A DNA stretch of 64,000 nt from an uncultured Gammaproteobacteria bacterium. Its GTDB lineage: Bacteria > Pseudomonadota > Gammaproteobacteria > UBA9214. Made by a program: the position numbers and the translations under genes. Positions 27,580 through 41,747 of the stretch are shown here, in pieces; the stretch's first letter is position 1; each line of letters starts with the position of its first letter. The notes below the pieces were generated by a model. It was not told the DNA's origin. It ran no database searches and worked only from the letters and a program-made list of their open reading frames with translations. The stretch covers positions 91,551 to 155,550 of the forward strand of contig CAVOZZ010000011.1 of NCBI GenBank assembly GCA_963701505.1, given 5' to 3'.

Positions 27580-28757
27580 GCGTCCTGTTCGTCATTATTG
27601 CCTCCGTCACCAGGTCCAGCACGGTGTCGGCAGCGACCCGGTCTAGCATCCCGCCGCAGCTCATGGTGTATGCTGGAGAATATATCCTGCCAGCTCCCGG
27701 GCACGTTGCGGATCTTCCAGCAACGCCAGAATTTCACTACCGAGTGATTCCGGCTGTGACATCGTCCTGAATCAGTTCTTTCACCAGTGGCCGGTCTGCC
27801 AGCAGGTTGGGCAGGGAATAGTATCTCGATCTCACCAGCATTCTGGCAATCTGGAAAGTCACCGGAGAGAGCCGGTAGGCGACCACCATGGGCCTCTTCA
27901 GCAGCATGCATTCCAGAGTGGCGGTACCGGATGCCAGCATCACGGCATTCGCAGCCGCCATGGCTTCCAGGCCCTGCCCGCTGAGCAGGGTAAGTGGCAG
28001 GCGTGTTGCAATCGTTGACAGGACTTCTTCAAAGGCCAGTCGGCATTCATAATTGGCCAGTGGCACCACAAAATGCAGGTCATCACGGCGCTGGTAACAC
28101 CAGGCAGCGGCGTTCAGAAAGTCGGCTGCCAGCCGTTTTACTTCTCCGACACGGCTGCCGGGCAGCAGCGCAACGACCGGCCCGTTATGTTCAAGCGCTA
28201 TGTGCCGCCGTGCCTGTGCCTGATCCACTTCGTCCGCAATCAGGTCTGCCAGCGGATGTCCGACACAGCGTGCCGGCACCTGCTGCTGTGCATAGAAACG
28301 CTCCTCAAACGGAAACAATGTCAGCATGCAATCGACACTTGCGGCAATCTTGCGTACCCGGTATTTGCGCCAGGCCCAGACGGACGGGCTGACATAATGC
28401 AGGGTCCGGATACCCGCGCGTTTCAATGCACGTTCCAGTCCGAGATTAAAATCCGGTGCATCGACACCAATGAAAATATCGGGCGGGTTCTCAGGTAAAA
28501 TGGCGGCGCAACTGCTTGCGTATGGACAGTAACCGCGGCAGGTGTTTCAGGACTTCAACCAGCCCCATGACCGCCAGGTCCTCCATGGGAAACAGGCTGT
28601 GACAACCTGCTGCCTTCATTCGTGGTCCGGCAACACCTTCAAATACAGCGTCCGGCGCCCGTTCACGAATGGCCTTTACAGACCGGCAGCAAGATTGTCG
28701 CCGGACGCCTCGCCGGCAACAATACCGACACGCAGCGGGTGAGATCGCAAGGACATT
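27580..28757 (-). CDS. lpxB: lipid-A-disaccharide synthase, frameshifts at N-terminus and near C-terminus
   Basis: ATG 28757 [20 protein letters not shown] then shift; core ORF 27737..28426. Confidence 0.8.
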
Positions 28758-28774
28758 CTGAAAAACCGCCGGGA

Positions 28775-29569
28775 CTAGCGGACTATGCCGCGCGACCGAC
28801 TTTCAAGAAAAGAAACCAGTACCTCCAGTTCGGCACACTCATCCACCTTGCCCCTCAGTTCCGCTATCGCCTCCTGCAGGGAACGGTTTTCACGATACAA
28901 CGTCTTGTAGGCCTGCTTTAGCGTCTTGCGTACCTCGTCAGGGAAACCGCGACGGCGCAGCCCCTCCATATTGAGCCCATGCGGCCGTGCAGGGCTGCCA
29001 CCAACCGTTACGTAGGGTGGCACATCCATACTGATACCCGAACCGTAGGCTGTCAGTGAATGCGGCCCCAGTGAACAGAACTGGTAAACCAGGGTGAAGC
29101 CACCGAGAATGACATAATCACCAACAGTGACATGTCCTGCGAGCGATGCATTGTTGGCGAAGATGGTATGGTTGCCGACCTGACAATCATGGGCAATATG
29201 AACATATGCCATGATCCAGTTGTCATCCCCTACGCGTGTCACACCTTCATCCTGCACGGTGCCGCGATTGATGGTAACGAATTCGCGAATGGTATTGTGG
29301 TCACCAATCTCCAGACGGGTCGGCTCACCACCATACTTCTTGTCCTGGGGGTCTTCACCGATCGACGCGAACTGGTAGATGGTATTGTCCCTGCCAATGC
29401 GGGTATGGCCCTTGATGACCACATGCGGGCCGATGCGTGTCCCTGCATCGATGACAACGTTTGCCCCGATCACAGAATAGGGCCCGATACTGACATTGTC
29501 GGCAATTTCTGCCGTCGGGTCTATGACCGCTGTTGCGTCGATCAAGTGTTGATATCCTGTTCGGTGCAC
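28775..29569 (-). CDS. lpxA: UDP-N-acetylglucosamine acyltransferase
   Basis: 264 aa intact ORF, left-handed beta-helix hexapeptide repeats. Confidence 0.9.
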   Translation of the reverse strand: MHRTGYQHLIDATAVIDPTAEIADNVSIGPYSVIGANVVIDAGTRIGPHVVIKGHTRIGRDNTIYQFASIGEDPQDKKYGGEPTRLEIGDHNTIREFVTINRGTVQDEGVTRVGDDNWIMAYVHIAHDCQVGNHTIFANNASLAGHVTVGDYVILGGFTLVYQFCSLGPHSLTAYGSGISMDVPPYVTVGGSPARPHGLNMEGLRRRGFPDEVRKTLKQAYKTLYRENRSLQEAIAELRGKVDECAELEVLVSFLESRSRGIVR

Positions 29570-29982
29570 ATGATCTCGGCCGATGCCACCAGCTTGCCAT
29601 CGACACTGGCCTCGCAGGCGAATACCCAGATGCCACGCCTGGCGCGTAACAGTTCAGCGCGGAGAATGAGTTGATCACCCGGTTCAACCGGTCTCTTGAA
29701 TCGAGCCTTGTCGATGCCGACCAGAAAATACAAACTCTCGCGTTTCGCGCCCCGCTCCACTGTCCGGAACGCCAGCAGACCCGTGGCCTGGGCCATCGCT
29801 TCCAGTATCAACACCCCCGGCATGACGGGGCGCTCCGGGAAATGCCCCAGAAAGAACGGTTCGTTATAGCTCACGTTCTTGTAGCCCACCAGCGATTTTC
29901 CTGCCCTGAATTCCGTGACCCGGTCGATCAGCAAGAAAGGGTAGCGGTGCGGCAGGTGCTGCATTATTTCTTGAATATCCAT
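29542..29982 (-). CDS. fabZ: 3-hydroxyacyl-ACP dehydratase FabZ
   Basis: 146 aa intact ORF, hotdog fold, [11 protein letters not shown] motif. Confidence 0.9.
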   Translation of the reverse strand: MDIQEIMQHLPHRYPFLLIDRVTEFRAGKSLVGYKNVSYNEPFFLGHFPERPVMPGVLILEAMAQATGLLAFRTVERGAKRESLYFLVGIDKARFKRPVEPGDQLILRAELLRARRGIWVFACEASVDGKLVASAEIMCTEQDINT

Positions 29983-30068
29983 AATTGCTCGTCTTTATGG
30001 TTTTTGGTATCTGCCGGGTGCCAGGGCGTCCAGGAGCGAAAAGCTGCTATTTATTTTCCTGTCGTTTT

Positions 30069-31089
30069 TCAGCTGCATAGACTCCTTTCCAGGGAAAGTA
30101 CCTTGCGTGCAAGCCAGTCCAGCTGCCTCAGGCGTGCATAATTCCTGTTCCAGGCATCATTCTCCTGCGCCGGAACCCCTGAAGAATAAACACCCGGTCT
30201 GGTGATGGATTTCGTCACCATGGTCATACCGGTAATGATGACATGATCGGCAATCTCAAGATGGCCAACGATCCCGGATCCGCCACCAATCAGGCAGTGT
30301 TTTCCTATTGACGGCACTGCCCGAGATACCCACACAGCCGGCGATGGCCGTGTGTGCGCCAATGCGAACATTATGCGCGACCTGTATCTGATTATCGAGC
30401 CTGACGCCGTCCTCCAGCACGGTATCCTCCAGTGCGCCGCGATCAATGGTGGTATTTGCACCGATGTCGACATCATTACCAATCCTGACACTGCCGAGTT
30501 GCGGGACATTCAGCCACTGGCCACCTTCATTTGCCAGACCGAAGCCATCACTGCCAATAACCGCACCCGGTGCAATCCTGACGCGCTCGCCGATAGTCAC
30601 GCCGTGGCAAATCACCACGTTGGCAGACAGTCTGCTGCCGGCACCGATAACGCTGTCTGCGCCGATAAAACAGCCTCCCGCCAGTTGCACGCCGGCATGA
30701 ATAACCGCCCCCTTTTCAACAATACAGTGGGGACCAATCCAGGCAGTCGCATCGACATGACAATCTGCATCAAGGCTGGCACTGGCGTGTACCCCCTGCC
30801 TGGCAGCCGGGGGCGGTGAAATCAGGGCGGCGATGCGCGCGTAGCTCGAATAGGGGTTGGACGAAACGACGGCAGCCGCCGGATAGTCGGCCGCATCTTC
30901 GGGCGACAGGATTACCGCCGATGCACGGGTGCCATTCAGGTACTTTCGGTAACCCGCATTCGCCAGGAAGCTGATCTCTCCCTCAGCGGCATGCTGCAGG
31001 GTTGCTACCCCGGTAATCTCGCAGTCCGGATCCGCATTCTGCAGTGCTGCACCAACCTCTTCAGCCAGCGTGCCCAGCGTCTGCGTCAT
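30069..31089 (-). CDS. lpxD: UDP-3-O-acylglucosamine N-acyltransferase, one frameshift near 30320
   Basis: ORFs 30256..31089 and 30069..30509. Confidence 0.85.
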
Positions 31090-31131
31090 CTGGATGTTGA
31101 TCTTGTCAGCCGGCAGTCGACTGCACAGAAT

Positions 31132-31644
31132 TTACTTGCCGGTGAGCTTCTTGAGTACGCTATCGGTGATATCCACCCGGTCACTGGAATACACGACACC
31201 CTGGGTCAGGACAAGATCAAAATTCTGTTCCTTGGCCAGGTTAACAACAGCCTCGAACATATCCTTCTGCAGTTTTGCAAGCACCTCGTTGCGGCGAATA
31301 TTCAGGTCATCACGGAACTCATCCTGCGAGCGCTTCAAGTCGCGCCGTTTTGCAAGAATATCGCGTTCGATTTTGCTGCGTTCTGACTCACTCATGACCG
31401 CACCGTCACGCGTCAGATTGTCTTCCTTGGTCTTGATCTCGCGTTGCAATGCAACCAGCTCCTTTTCCCTGGGTGCAAATTCCGATTCTATCTTGCTCTG
31501 CGCTGACTTGGCCTGCGGTGCCGCTTCCAGCAGCTTGACGGTATCCACAAACCCGATCTTGACCTCCGCGAGCGCCGTCCTGGAGCAAACAGCAAGCACT
31601 GCCAGCAATGCGATAGTAAAGAAACGTCGAATTGATTTTTTTCA
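31132..31644 (-). CDS. skp: periplasmic chaperone Skp (OmpH), frameshift inside the signal peptide
   Basis: ATG 31644 MKKINSTF then one inserted base; the main ORF supplies TIALLAVLAVCSRTALAEVKIG... Confidence 0.85.
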
Positions 31645-31675
31645 TGGTTTGTTCTCCAAAACGTTATTACAACAA

Positions 31676-33994
31676 TCAGAAAAATGTACCTACGGTAAAC
31701 TGGAAGTTCTGCACATCGTCGTCTTTCTCTGCATTTAGCGGGAAACCCAGGCTTACCGATATCGGGCCCATGGGTGACAGCCACAGGCCTGCCAGGCCAA
31801 CACTGTACCTCAAGCCGCCGGTATCGAAGGTATTATAGTCGCCGAACACATTACCCACGTCAAAGAATGTACTCAGGCGGATACCACTGCTGGACTCAAC
31901 AAAGGGCACAGGAAAGATGACTTCCGCGTTGAACACGACCAGGAAGGATCCGCCAATGGGGTCGCCGTCGGAATCCCTCGGTCCCAGGGTATTGTCTTCG
32001 AAACCGCGCACCGAACGCACACCGCCGGCAAAGTAGTTCTCGAAGAACGGCAAGGTATCATAGTCACCAAAACCGTCACCATAGCCAAGGTTGCCTTTCA
32101 GCCCCAGTGTCAGTTCCCTGGTCAGCGGAATGAAACGCTGCTGTACGTAGTTCAGCTTGTAGTATTGCAATCCGGAGCCGGGCGTGGTCGTTTCAAACGA
32201 AAAAGTCTGCAGTCCACCGGTATCGGTAAACAGGATCTTGTTGCGCGAGTCATGGCTCCAGCTGCCGGTCAGCACCATGTCATCAAAGCTGTCGCCATGC
32301 TGATCGATAAAATCGGTGACCTCCAGCGGTGAACTGGATGGTTTCATGCAGATCCATTCCCTGATAGCCGACGCTGAAACGCACGCTGTCGTATTCATTG
32401 ACCGGGATGCCGAAATTGATATCGGCACCGCGGGTATCCGTGGTGTAATCCGACAGGTTGGCTTCTGCTGCATCCGTTTTCCGGTAGAAGACGCCAAAGC
32501 CGCGGCTGACACCATCGATCGTCCAGTAGGGATTGACGTATGAGAAGCGGTAGAGCGTATTGATCTTGCTGTTATCGAAGGCAAAACTCACCCGCTTGCC
32601 GGTGCCGAGAAAGTTCTCCTGGGCTGATACTGGCGTTAAACAGCACCCCTGAGGTCTGCGAATATCCCAGACCGGCCGTGATACTGCCGGATGACCGCTC
32701 CGTCACAGAGTAGTCAACATCAAGCTGATCGGTGGTGCCGGGGACCGGGGGTGTTTCCACATTTACGTTTTCAAAATAACCGAGCCGATCCAGCCGGGTG
32801 CGGGAACGTTCAACCTGCTCTGCCGAGTACCAGCCCCCTTCCAGCTGGCGCATTTCACGCCGCAGCACCTCGTCGCGGGTACCGATATTCCCTGCCAGGT
32901 TGATGCGACGCACATAAACGCGGTCGCCCGGATCGACAAAGAAACCCAGGCCGACCTCGTAATTCTCGTCATCCAGTTCCGGGGACGTATTGACATTGGC
33001 AAAGGCATAACCCTGGTTACCCAGCAGGGAACTGATTTCATCAACGGCCTCGGTCACCTTCTTGCGCGAGAACACATCACCGGGATTGATCCTGATCAAC
33101 GGGAATAACTCTTCCGCCGGCACCACCAGGTCACCGGACAGCGTCACTTCCCTGATCCGTGTACTGCTCACCTTCCGTAATATTGATGGTGACGTAAATG
33201 TCCTGTTTGTCCGGGGTAATCGAGACCTGTGTTGAGTTGATATGAAACTTCAGGTAGCCACGATCAAGGTACCAGGTACGCAAAATCTCCAGGTCTGCCG
33301 ACAATGCCTGCTTGGAATACTGGTCACTCTTGGTAAATGCAGAAAAAATATTCGGCGTGGTCAGGGAAAATTCTTTCAGCAGTTCCTTGTCGCTGAAGGT
33401 GTGGTTGCCGATGATATTGATCTGCTTGATGCGTGCCACGCGACCCTCGGAAATGTCGATCAGGATGCCAACCCGGTTTCTGTCCAGCGGTGTTACCGTG
33501 GTATTGATCCTGACTGCATACTTGCCGCGGCTGAAATACTGTCGCCTGAGTTCCTGTTCGACCTTTTCCAGCAAGGAACGGTCAAAAACCCGCCCTTCGG
33601 CCAGACCGATCTGTTTCAGTCCCTCCAGCAATTCCTCGGTATCAAGGTCCTTGTTGCCTTCAATTTCGATACTGCTGATTGCCGCACGTTCCTCGACGTA
33701 AACCACCAGCACATCACCGTCCCGTTCAAGGTAGACGTCATTGAAGAAACCGGTCTTGAAGAGTGCCTTGACGGCCTCGATACTGTCCTCGGTGTCGATG
33801 GTTTGCCCGATCTTTACCGGCAGGTAGTTGAATACAGTACCCGCAGATATCCGTTGCAGGCCTTCGACACGGATATCCTGCGACCAGGAAAGGTTCAAAT
33901 GCATGTGCTGTTGCGCTGCAGGAAGATCGTCAACAGCAGGAACTGGCACAGACGGGTCAGGTTGTTTCAAATGCAAGTACATTGATGGTTTCAT
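31676..33994 (-). CDS. bamA: outer membrane protein assembly factor BamA, several frameshifts
   Basis: POTRA domains in ORFs 33131..33994 and 32572..33171; beta-barrel in 32283..32591 and 31676..32584. Confidence 0.85.
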
Positions 33995-35350
33995 TCAAAC
34001 AAACGCACCAGGTCGTTATAAAACGCGAGGACATCAGCGCCAGCAGCAAGGTAATGCCGATCTTTTGTCCGGCAAGCTGCGCCGTCTCGGACAGCGGACT
34101 TCCCTTCACCAGTTCTACCAGGTAAAACAGCAAATGCCCGCCATCCAGTATCGGGACCGGCAACAGGTTCAGCACCCCGAGACTGACGCTGACTATGCCC
34201 AGAAAGCCGAGAAACGTCACCAGGCCGACAGCCGCTGACTGGCCGGCATACCTGGCAATACTGATAGGACCGCTCAGGTTCTCGACCGACGCCCTGCCGC
34301 TAACCATTTTCCAGAGTGTCCGCAGCGTCAGCGTGGTCACCTCCCAGGTTTTGTTGAGCGCCTGCGGCACGGCTTCAAGCAGACCATAGCGCACAACGAC
34401 GCGCATTGTAGCACGCTCGTCTTCACCCGGAAGCTGTACGTAGGCACCGATTCGGCCAATGATGACACCCTGGTCAGACTCGCGATCCGGGGTGACAGCC
34501 AGCTCTACAAGCTCGCCATTGCGCAGCACCTGCACTGACAATCGGCTTGCCCGGGCGCTCACGCACATAGTCAACCCACTGTTCCCAGTTACTGATGGGA
34601 GTAGTCGTCGGCATGCACCACTTCATCACCGGGCAGCAGCCCGGCACGTTCACCGGCACCCCCTGCAACCAGCCGTTCGATCAGCGCGGGCGGCTGCCAG
34701 GGACTCAGGCCGAAATTATCGAGCACCCCACCCTTTTTCAGCAACGCATCGGGCTCTTCAAAGTACGCCTGCAGGTGACGTTCCCGGCCACCGGCATCGA
34801 CCACCGTCAGATTGACGGTGTCCTTTTCATCCAGATTGGCATTCAGCAACGCCATGATGGTTGCTTCCCAGGTCGGGGTTGGCTGGCTTTCTATGGACCG
34901 GATTTCGTCACCGCTGCGGATTCCGGCAGCCGCCGCATAGGATGATGGCGACACCTCACCGACGACAGGTTTCATTCCCGGCACTCCGGAAACGAACATG
35001 ACCCAGTAGGCCAGGATTGCGAATATGAAAGTTAAAGGCCGGGCCGGCAATGACAACGGCGATGCGGGTAGACACCGGTTGACGGTTAAATGCCCGCGGC
35101 AGTTCCTCTTCGGCAACCTCGCCTTCGCGCTCATCCAGCATCCTCACATAGCCACCCAGCGGGATCGAGGCTACGACCAGTTCAGTCGCATCCCTGCCAA
35201 AGGTACGTGTCCATAACGGTTTCCCGAAGCCGATGGAAAAGCGCAATACTTTTACACCAAGACGACGTGCAACCCAGAAGTGGCCATACTCGTGCACGGT
35301 AACCAGCACGCCGATGGCAACGACAAACGACACCAGTGAGAACAGAAAGC
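33957..35350 (-). CDS. rseP: regulator of sigma-E protease RseP (site-2 protease), frameshifted
   Basis: [14 protein letters not shown] zinc motif in ORF 34956..35711; PDZ region in 34589..35134; C-term in 33957..34574. Confidence 0.8.
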
Positions 35351-35389
35351 CGTTCACAATGCCGTCACCGCCCGCCCGGTCCGATACAT

Positions 35390-36605
35390 TCAGTCGCCGC
35401 TGCACGTGCACTGGCATCGTCCGCCAGGATGGTCTCCAGTGAATCCGCCTGCATGCACTGCACACTGTTCCAGCGTCTGGCTGATGACTGACGCTATCGC
35501 AGGTAAAGGCAATGCGCTGCTCCAGGAACGCCTGCACGGCAATTTCATTGGCGGCATTCAATATGGCCGGCGCTGTCCCGCCGACTCTGCCAGGCTGACA
35601 TCGCCAGTACCAGGCAGGGATAGCGGGCATTGTCCGGTGCCTCGAATTGCAGTTTGCCCACTGCCAGCAGATCCAGCTGGCTCGGCACCGGAAGCAATGC
35701 GCTGCGGCCATCCCAGCGCATGACTGATCGGTATGCGCATATCCGGATTACCCATCTGCGCCAGCATCGATCCGTCTTCATATTCCACCAGCGAATGAAT
35801 GATTGACTGCGGGTGCAGCAGCACCTCGATCCGCTCCACTGGCAAGCCCGAATAACCAGCCGGCCTCGATCACCTCCAGGCCCTTGTTCATCATGGTCGC
35901 CGAGTCCACGGAGATCTTTCGCCCCATCACCCAGTTGGGATGTGCACAGGCCTGCTCCGGTGTAACACTGGCGAGCTTGCTCAGCGGCAGGGTCCGGAAC
36001 GGGCCACCAGAGGCCGTCAGCATGATTCTTCGTACCCCCCGGGGCGGTACACCCGGCGTGTAGTCATCGGGCAGGCATTGCAGGATGGCATTGTGCTCGC
36101 TGTCGACGGGTATCAGGGTGGCGCCATGCTCCTGCACTGCCTGCATGAACAGGGTGCCGGACATCACCAGCGCCTCCTTGTTGGCCAGCAGTACCCGCTT
36201 GCCTGAACGCGCGGCTGCAAGCGATGGCAGCAAGCCGGCTGCACCGACGATGCCCGCCATCACGAAATCGACGCCGTCCATAGCGGCCACATTGACCAGA
36301 CCGTCGGCACCGGACAGTACCTGTACGTCCGGTGCCGATGCCCGTAACTCCTGCTGCAGACGTGTTGCTGCGCCGGCATCTGCCATTACAGCGTATTGCG
36401 GCTGAAAGCGAATGCATTGTTCGGCCAGTTTCTCCACGCGGGTATTCGCTGTCAGGGCCATCACCCGGAAGCGATCCGGGTGACGCGCAATCACGTCGAG
36501 GGTATTGACACCGATAGACCCGGTCGATCCCAGCAGCGTGACACCCGCAGGGCGACGCGTACTCATGAGCGGCCACCTTGCCGGATGAGCCGTGGAGCGC
36601 ATCAC
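35390..36605 (-). CDS. dxr: 1-deoxy-D-xylulose 5-phosphate reductoisomerase, at least 3 frameshifts
   Basis: N-term [14 protein letters not shown] in ORF 35778..36605; middle in 35558..35845; C-term [20 protein letters not shown] in the 34956..35711 frame. Confidence 0.85.
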
Positions 36606-37410
36606 AGAGACAGCCAGAGAAAGCCGATCAGAAACATGGGTGCTGCCGCAACCAGGCTGTCGATGCGATCAAAGATTCCGCCGTGACCCGGAATAATGTT
36701 GCCACTGTCCTTGATGCCACTCTGGCGCTTCATCAGGCTCTCGATCAGGTCGCCGGCTACGGAAAACATAACCGTGAGCAGCGAGATCATCATGAACGCC
36801 AGCGTCCAGTTCAGCGAACGACTGAGAAATCCCTCCTGCAATGGCGGCAAACAACAGACTCGAAAACAGGCCGCCGTAAACACCCTCCCAGGTCTTGCCT
36901 GGACTGATGGCAGGGGCAAGCTTGTTCTGCACCCCATCGGCGGCCCGCAAAATACGCACCGATATCGGCCAGCCAGACCAGCATCAGCAGCATCAGCGTT
37001 ACTGCCGGTCCGCGCCCGGGGCTGGCGTGCAAGGTGCACAGCGCTGCCCATGCCGGCAGGAGCACCAGTGCACCGGCCAGCATTTTCAGGTTGATATTCG
37101 GCAGTGTGGCTTGCGCACCGAATTGTGGTCGGGATAACCACAACAATGCACACAGCCACCATATAAAGGCCACCAGCAATACTGGCCTGATCAGCGTTTC
37201 AAGACCCGTGCGCCAAAGCAACCACATCAGGACAGCGATCGCAGCGGTATATACAAGTCGCGCAACGAGTGTCCTTAACGGTACCAGATGACTCCATTCC
37301 CAGGCACCTGCCAGCAGGATGATAGCCCAGAACCAGGGAAAACATGCGGATTGTCCAGAAACAGCACCGCACAGACGACCAGCGGCGCCATCACGAGCGC
37401 AGAGATGCAC
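36602..37410 (-). CDS. cdsA: phosphatidate cytidylyltransferase, frameshifted
   Basis: [14 protein letters not shown] and [33 protein letters not shown] motifs spread over ORFs 36811..37767, 36669..36959 and 36602..37162. Confidence 0.8.
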
Positions 37411-37417
37411 GCGCGTC

Positions 37418-38170
37418 CTAAGCACCTTTTTGCTGCTCCACCTGCTCGCCGGTGCGGCCGAAACGCCGTTGACGATTTGCATACCATAACAAGGCTGAAT
37501 CCAGCTCTTTTTCGTCAAAAGCCGGCCACAGTACATCGGTAAAATAGAGTTCCGTATAGGCCAGCTGCCAAAGCAGGAAATTACTGATGCGACGTTCACC
37601 GCCGGTGCGAATGAACAGGTCGGGCGGCGGCAATTCAGCCAGTGCCACTTCAGCGGCAATGGCATCAGGGCCAATGTCCTGCGGCGAGAGTTCACCGGCC
37701 TGTACCCGCAGCGCAAGTTTCCTGACGGCCTGGCTGATATCCCACTGCCCGCCATAGTTGGCGGCAATCACCAGATCCAGGCGCGAGTTCGCACTGGTCT
37801 CCTGTTCCGCCTCGGCGATCAGGTAACGCAGCTTCTCTGAAAACGCGCTGCGATCACCTATGAAACGCAGACGCACACCGTTCCTGTTCAGAGAGGCCAC
37901 TTCCTTTTTGAGGGTCTGTACGAACAGGTCCATGATCAGACTGACTTCCTCGCTGGGACGTCGCCAGTTTTCACTGCTGAACGCGAACAGCGTCAGCACC
38001 TCTATGCGCCTGTCGATGCAGGCCTCAACCGCCCGGCGAACCGATTTGACCCCTTCACGATGCCCGACATAACGCGGCAGCAGGCGCGCGCGCGCCCACC
38101 GACCATTACCATCCATAATGATGGCGATGTGCCTCGGCAAACTGCCTGTGCTGCTTTCAGGGGCCATCAA
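37418..38170 (-). CDS. uppS: undecaprenyl diphosphate synthase
   Basis: 250 aa intact ORF, IIMDGNGRWA motif. Confidence 0.9.
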   Translation of the reverse strand: MMAPESSTGSLPRHIAIIMDGNGRWARARLLPRYVGHREGVKSVRRAVEACIDRRIEVLTLFAFSSENWRRPSEEVSLIMDLFVQTLKKEVASLNRNGVRLRFIGDRSAFSEKLRYLIAEAEQETSANSRLDLVIAANYGGQWDISQAVRKLALRVQAGELSPQDIGPDAIAAEVALAELPPPDLFIRTGGERRISNFLLWQLAYTELYFTDVLWPAFDEKELDSALLWYANRQRRFGRTGEQVEQQKGA

Positions 38171-38183
38171 TGCAAACCCAGCA

Positions 38184-38741
38184 CTAGATTTCCATGAGTT
38201 CCGTTTCTTTGGTGTCGAGCACCTTGTCTATCTCGGCAACATGTGCGTCTGTCAACTTCTGTATGGCATCCTGTGCCTTGCGTTCCTCGTCTTCAGAGAT
38301 GTCCTTTTCCTTCAGCAGATCCTTGAAATCACTGTTCGCATCACGCCTGATATTGCGCACTGCGACCTTTGCCGCCTCGCCCTCATGACGCACGACCTTC
38401 ACCAGCCCGCGGCGTGTCTCTTCGGTCAACGGCGGCATGGGAAGGCGTATGACCGTACCGGCCGTCGCAGGATTCAGGCCCAGGTCCGATTTCATAATGG
38501 CCTTTTCGACCGCCTTTACCATCGTTTTCTCCCAGGGCGTGACTACCAGGGTACGTGCATCTTCAATACCGATATTGGCCACCTGCGAGATGGGTACCTC
38601 TGATCCGTAGTAATCAACCACCAGATGGTCCAGCAAACTCGGGTGTGCACGTCCGGTACGTACCTTACTGAGTCCCTGCTTGAACGCATCGATACTCTTG
38701 TCCATACGCGCGGCGGCATCCTGCAATATTTCCTCTATCAT
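38184..38741 (-). CDS. frr: ribosome recycling factor
   Basis: 185 aa intact ORF. Confidence 0.9.
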   Translation of the reverse strand: MIEEILQDAAARMDKSIDAFKQGLSKVRTGRAHPSLLDHLVVDYYGSEVPISQVANIGIEDARTLVVTPWEKTMVKAVEKAIMKSDLGLNPATAGTVIRLPMPPLTEETRRGLVKVVRHEGEAAKVAVRNIRRDANSDFKDLLKEKDISEDEERKAQDAIQKLTDAHVAEIDKVLDTKETELMEI

Positions 38742-38744
38742 GTA

Positions 38745-39468
<724 letters not shown>

Positions 39469-39631
39469 TTATTTATCAGTATATTGCACACAATATATGT
39501 GGAAATCATGCGGGCTACATTGTCTTACTTTTTCCTCGGGATTGCCATAAAAAACGGGGTCGAAAATCGACCCCGTCCTGTAGATAACCCGCAGCTGCAT
39601 GGGCAATAACCGCCACTGGCGAGGTCCGTGA

Positions 39632-40522
39632 TCACCCACCCTTGACCTGTGCCATTACCTCATCTGCAAAGTTCTCTGTTTTCTTCTCGATCCCCTCGCC
39701 AAGCTCAACGCGTTCGAAACGCACCACTTTCGCCCCTGCCTGCTGCAGCAGCTTGCCGACAGTCAGGTCCGGATCCTTGACGAAAGACTGGCCCAGCAGG
39801 GTAATCTCGGCCAGATACTTGCGGATCCTGCCACTGATCATTTTTTCGATGATGTCATCGGGTTTGCCACTCTCCCGCGCCTGGGCGGTAAAAATAGTAC
39901 GCTCGGCGGCAATCATTTCCTCCGGCACCTGGTCCTCGGAAACACACACCGGGCGCGGGTCATGAGCAGCAATATGCATCGCCAGGTCCTTGCCCAGTTG
40001 CTCATCCCCGCCATCAATCTCCACCAGCACACCGATACGCACGCCGTGACGGTAACTGGCGATGGGATGGTCACTTTCTATGCGGGTAAAACGTCGCACG
40101 GTAATGTTCTCCCCGATGGTCGCAATCAATGCCTTGCGAACATCCTCCACCGTGGCGGCGTCACCTTCCTTGAGCGGCATTGCCATGAGCGCATCCAGGT
40201 CGGCCGGATTATCCAGCAGCACGCGTTTCGCAATGGCGGTTGCAAACTCCTGGAAATCTTCCTTCTTGGCTACGAAATCGGTTTCGCAATTGACCTCGAC
40301 AATGGCGGCTTTCCGGGCATCATCGCTCATCTCGATGACGACCAGTCCTTCGGCAGCAATGCGGCTTGCCTTTTTGTCTGCCTTGGCAAGACCGGTCATG
40401 CGCAACGCCTCTATCGCCGCATCCATATCACCAGCCGCATCAACCAGTGCCTTTTTACACTCCATCATGCCGGAGCCGGTACGTTCGCGCAGCTCTTTTA
40501 CCTGCGCAGCTGTAATAGCCAT
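39632..40522 (-). CDS. tsf: elongation factor Ts
   Basis: Intact ORF; start at [16 protein letters not shown]. Confidence 0.9.
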   Translation of the reverse strand: MAITAAQVKELRERTGSGMMECKKALVDAAGDMDAAIEALRMTGLAKADKKASRIAAEGLVVIEMSDDARKAAIVEVNCETDFVAKKEDFQEFATAIAKRVLLDNPADLDALMAMPLKEGDAATVEDVRKALIATIGENITVRRFTRIESDHPIASYRHGVRIGVLVEIDGGDEQLGKDLAMHIAAHDPRPVCVSEDQVPEEMIAAERTIFTAQARESGKPDDIIEKMISGRIRKYLAEITLLGQSFVKDPDLTVGKLLQQAGAKVVRFERVELGEGIEKKTENFADEVMAQVKGG

Positions 40523-40602
40523 ATATCTATCCTCGTGTATGTTTTCGCCTGCACTCTTTCCTGCCAGGTTGTTGTCAGGAAAATACGGCAAAAGGCAGGG
40601 TA

Positions 40603-41490
40603 TTACTCCTCGCCCGCCGCTTCATCGGCTGCAGTCTCATCAACCGTTTCCGTATCGGCTGCTGCAGTTTTGGCAGACGCTTTCTTTTTCACCGTAACCT
40701 TGCTTGCCGGTTTTTTCCTGGCTGTCGCCTTTTTCCTCGCCGGCCTGGTTTCTCCGGACTCATCAAGTTCAACAAACTCGTCAGAGGAGTCGGCAACGGC
40801 GTGCGCAATACTCAGTCTGCCGGTATCAATGGCATTGGCAGCCGCCTCGACATACAGCTTGATAGCGCGAATCGCATCGTCGTTTCCAGGAATGATGTAA
40901 TCGATGCCTTCAATCGAGTTATTGGTGTCGACAATACCGACGACCGGTATACCCAGCTTTCTGGCTTCACTGATAGCAATCTTTTCATGACCGACATCGA
41001 CAACAAACATCACATCCGGAATGCCGCGCATGTTCTTGATGCCGCCAAGGCTGCGTTCCAGTTTCTCCATCTCGCGCCGCAGCATCAGGCGTTCCTTCTT
41101 GGTGATCTTTTCAAAGGACCCGTCCTCAGACATGGTCTCCAGATCTTTCAAACGCTTGATCGATGCGCGTACGGTCTTGTAGTTGGTCAACATGCCGCCA
41201 AGCCAGCGGTGGTTCACATAGGGCATGCTGCAACGCGAGGCATTCTCGCTGATGATCTGCTGCGCGGATCGCTTGGTGCCGACGAACAGCACGGTACGGC
41301 CACTGGCAACCATGCTGCCGAGATAATTCATGGCATCATTGAAGAGCGGCAGGGTCTTCTCGAGATTGATAATATGGATCTTGCCGCGCTCGCCGAAGAT
41401 GTAGGGGGCCATCTTCGGGTTCCAGTAACGGGTCTGGTGACCAAAATGCACGCCAGCTTCCAGCATCTGGCGCATAGTGACGTCTGTCAT
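40603..41490 (-). CDS. rpsB: 30S ribosomal protein S2 with ~45 aa Lys/Ala-rich C-terminal extension
   Basis: 295 aa intact ORF. Confidence 0.9.
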   Translation of the reverse strand: MTDVTMRQMLEAGVHFGHQTRYWNPKMAPYIFGERGKIHIINLEKTLPLFNDAMNYLGSMVASGRTVLFVGTKRSAQQIISENASRCSMPYVNHRWLGGMLTNYKTVRASIKRLKDLETMSEDGSFEKITKKERLMLRREMEKLERSLGGIKNMRGIPDVMFVVDVGHEKIAISEARKLGIPVVGIVDTNNSIEGIDYIIPGNDDAIRAIKLYVEAAANAIDTGRLSIAHAVADSSDEFVELDESGETRPARKKATARKKPASKVTVKKKASAKTAAADTETVDETAADEAAGEE

Positions 41491-41747
41491 CTTTCTTTTA
41501 CTCCAAGTTCAGGGTTAGGCTTCCATGTACCCCAAAACAACAACCCGGTTGTCTGCGTATAATCAGCTGCAGTCAACCAGGCACCCTGCTGCCTGTGCCG
41601 GTACATGTGTGAATTTTGCAAAGAGCACCCGTCAGGGGGCACTTAACAAGCCCGCCTTTATACCATACACTCATCGATCGGACAATCTGCTGGAAGGATG
41701 CAGCGCTGTTGCAGCCATAGCCCTCTCCTTGATAATCAGGACCCTAG

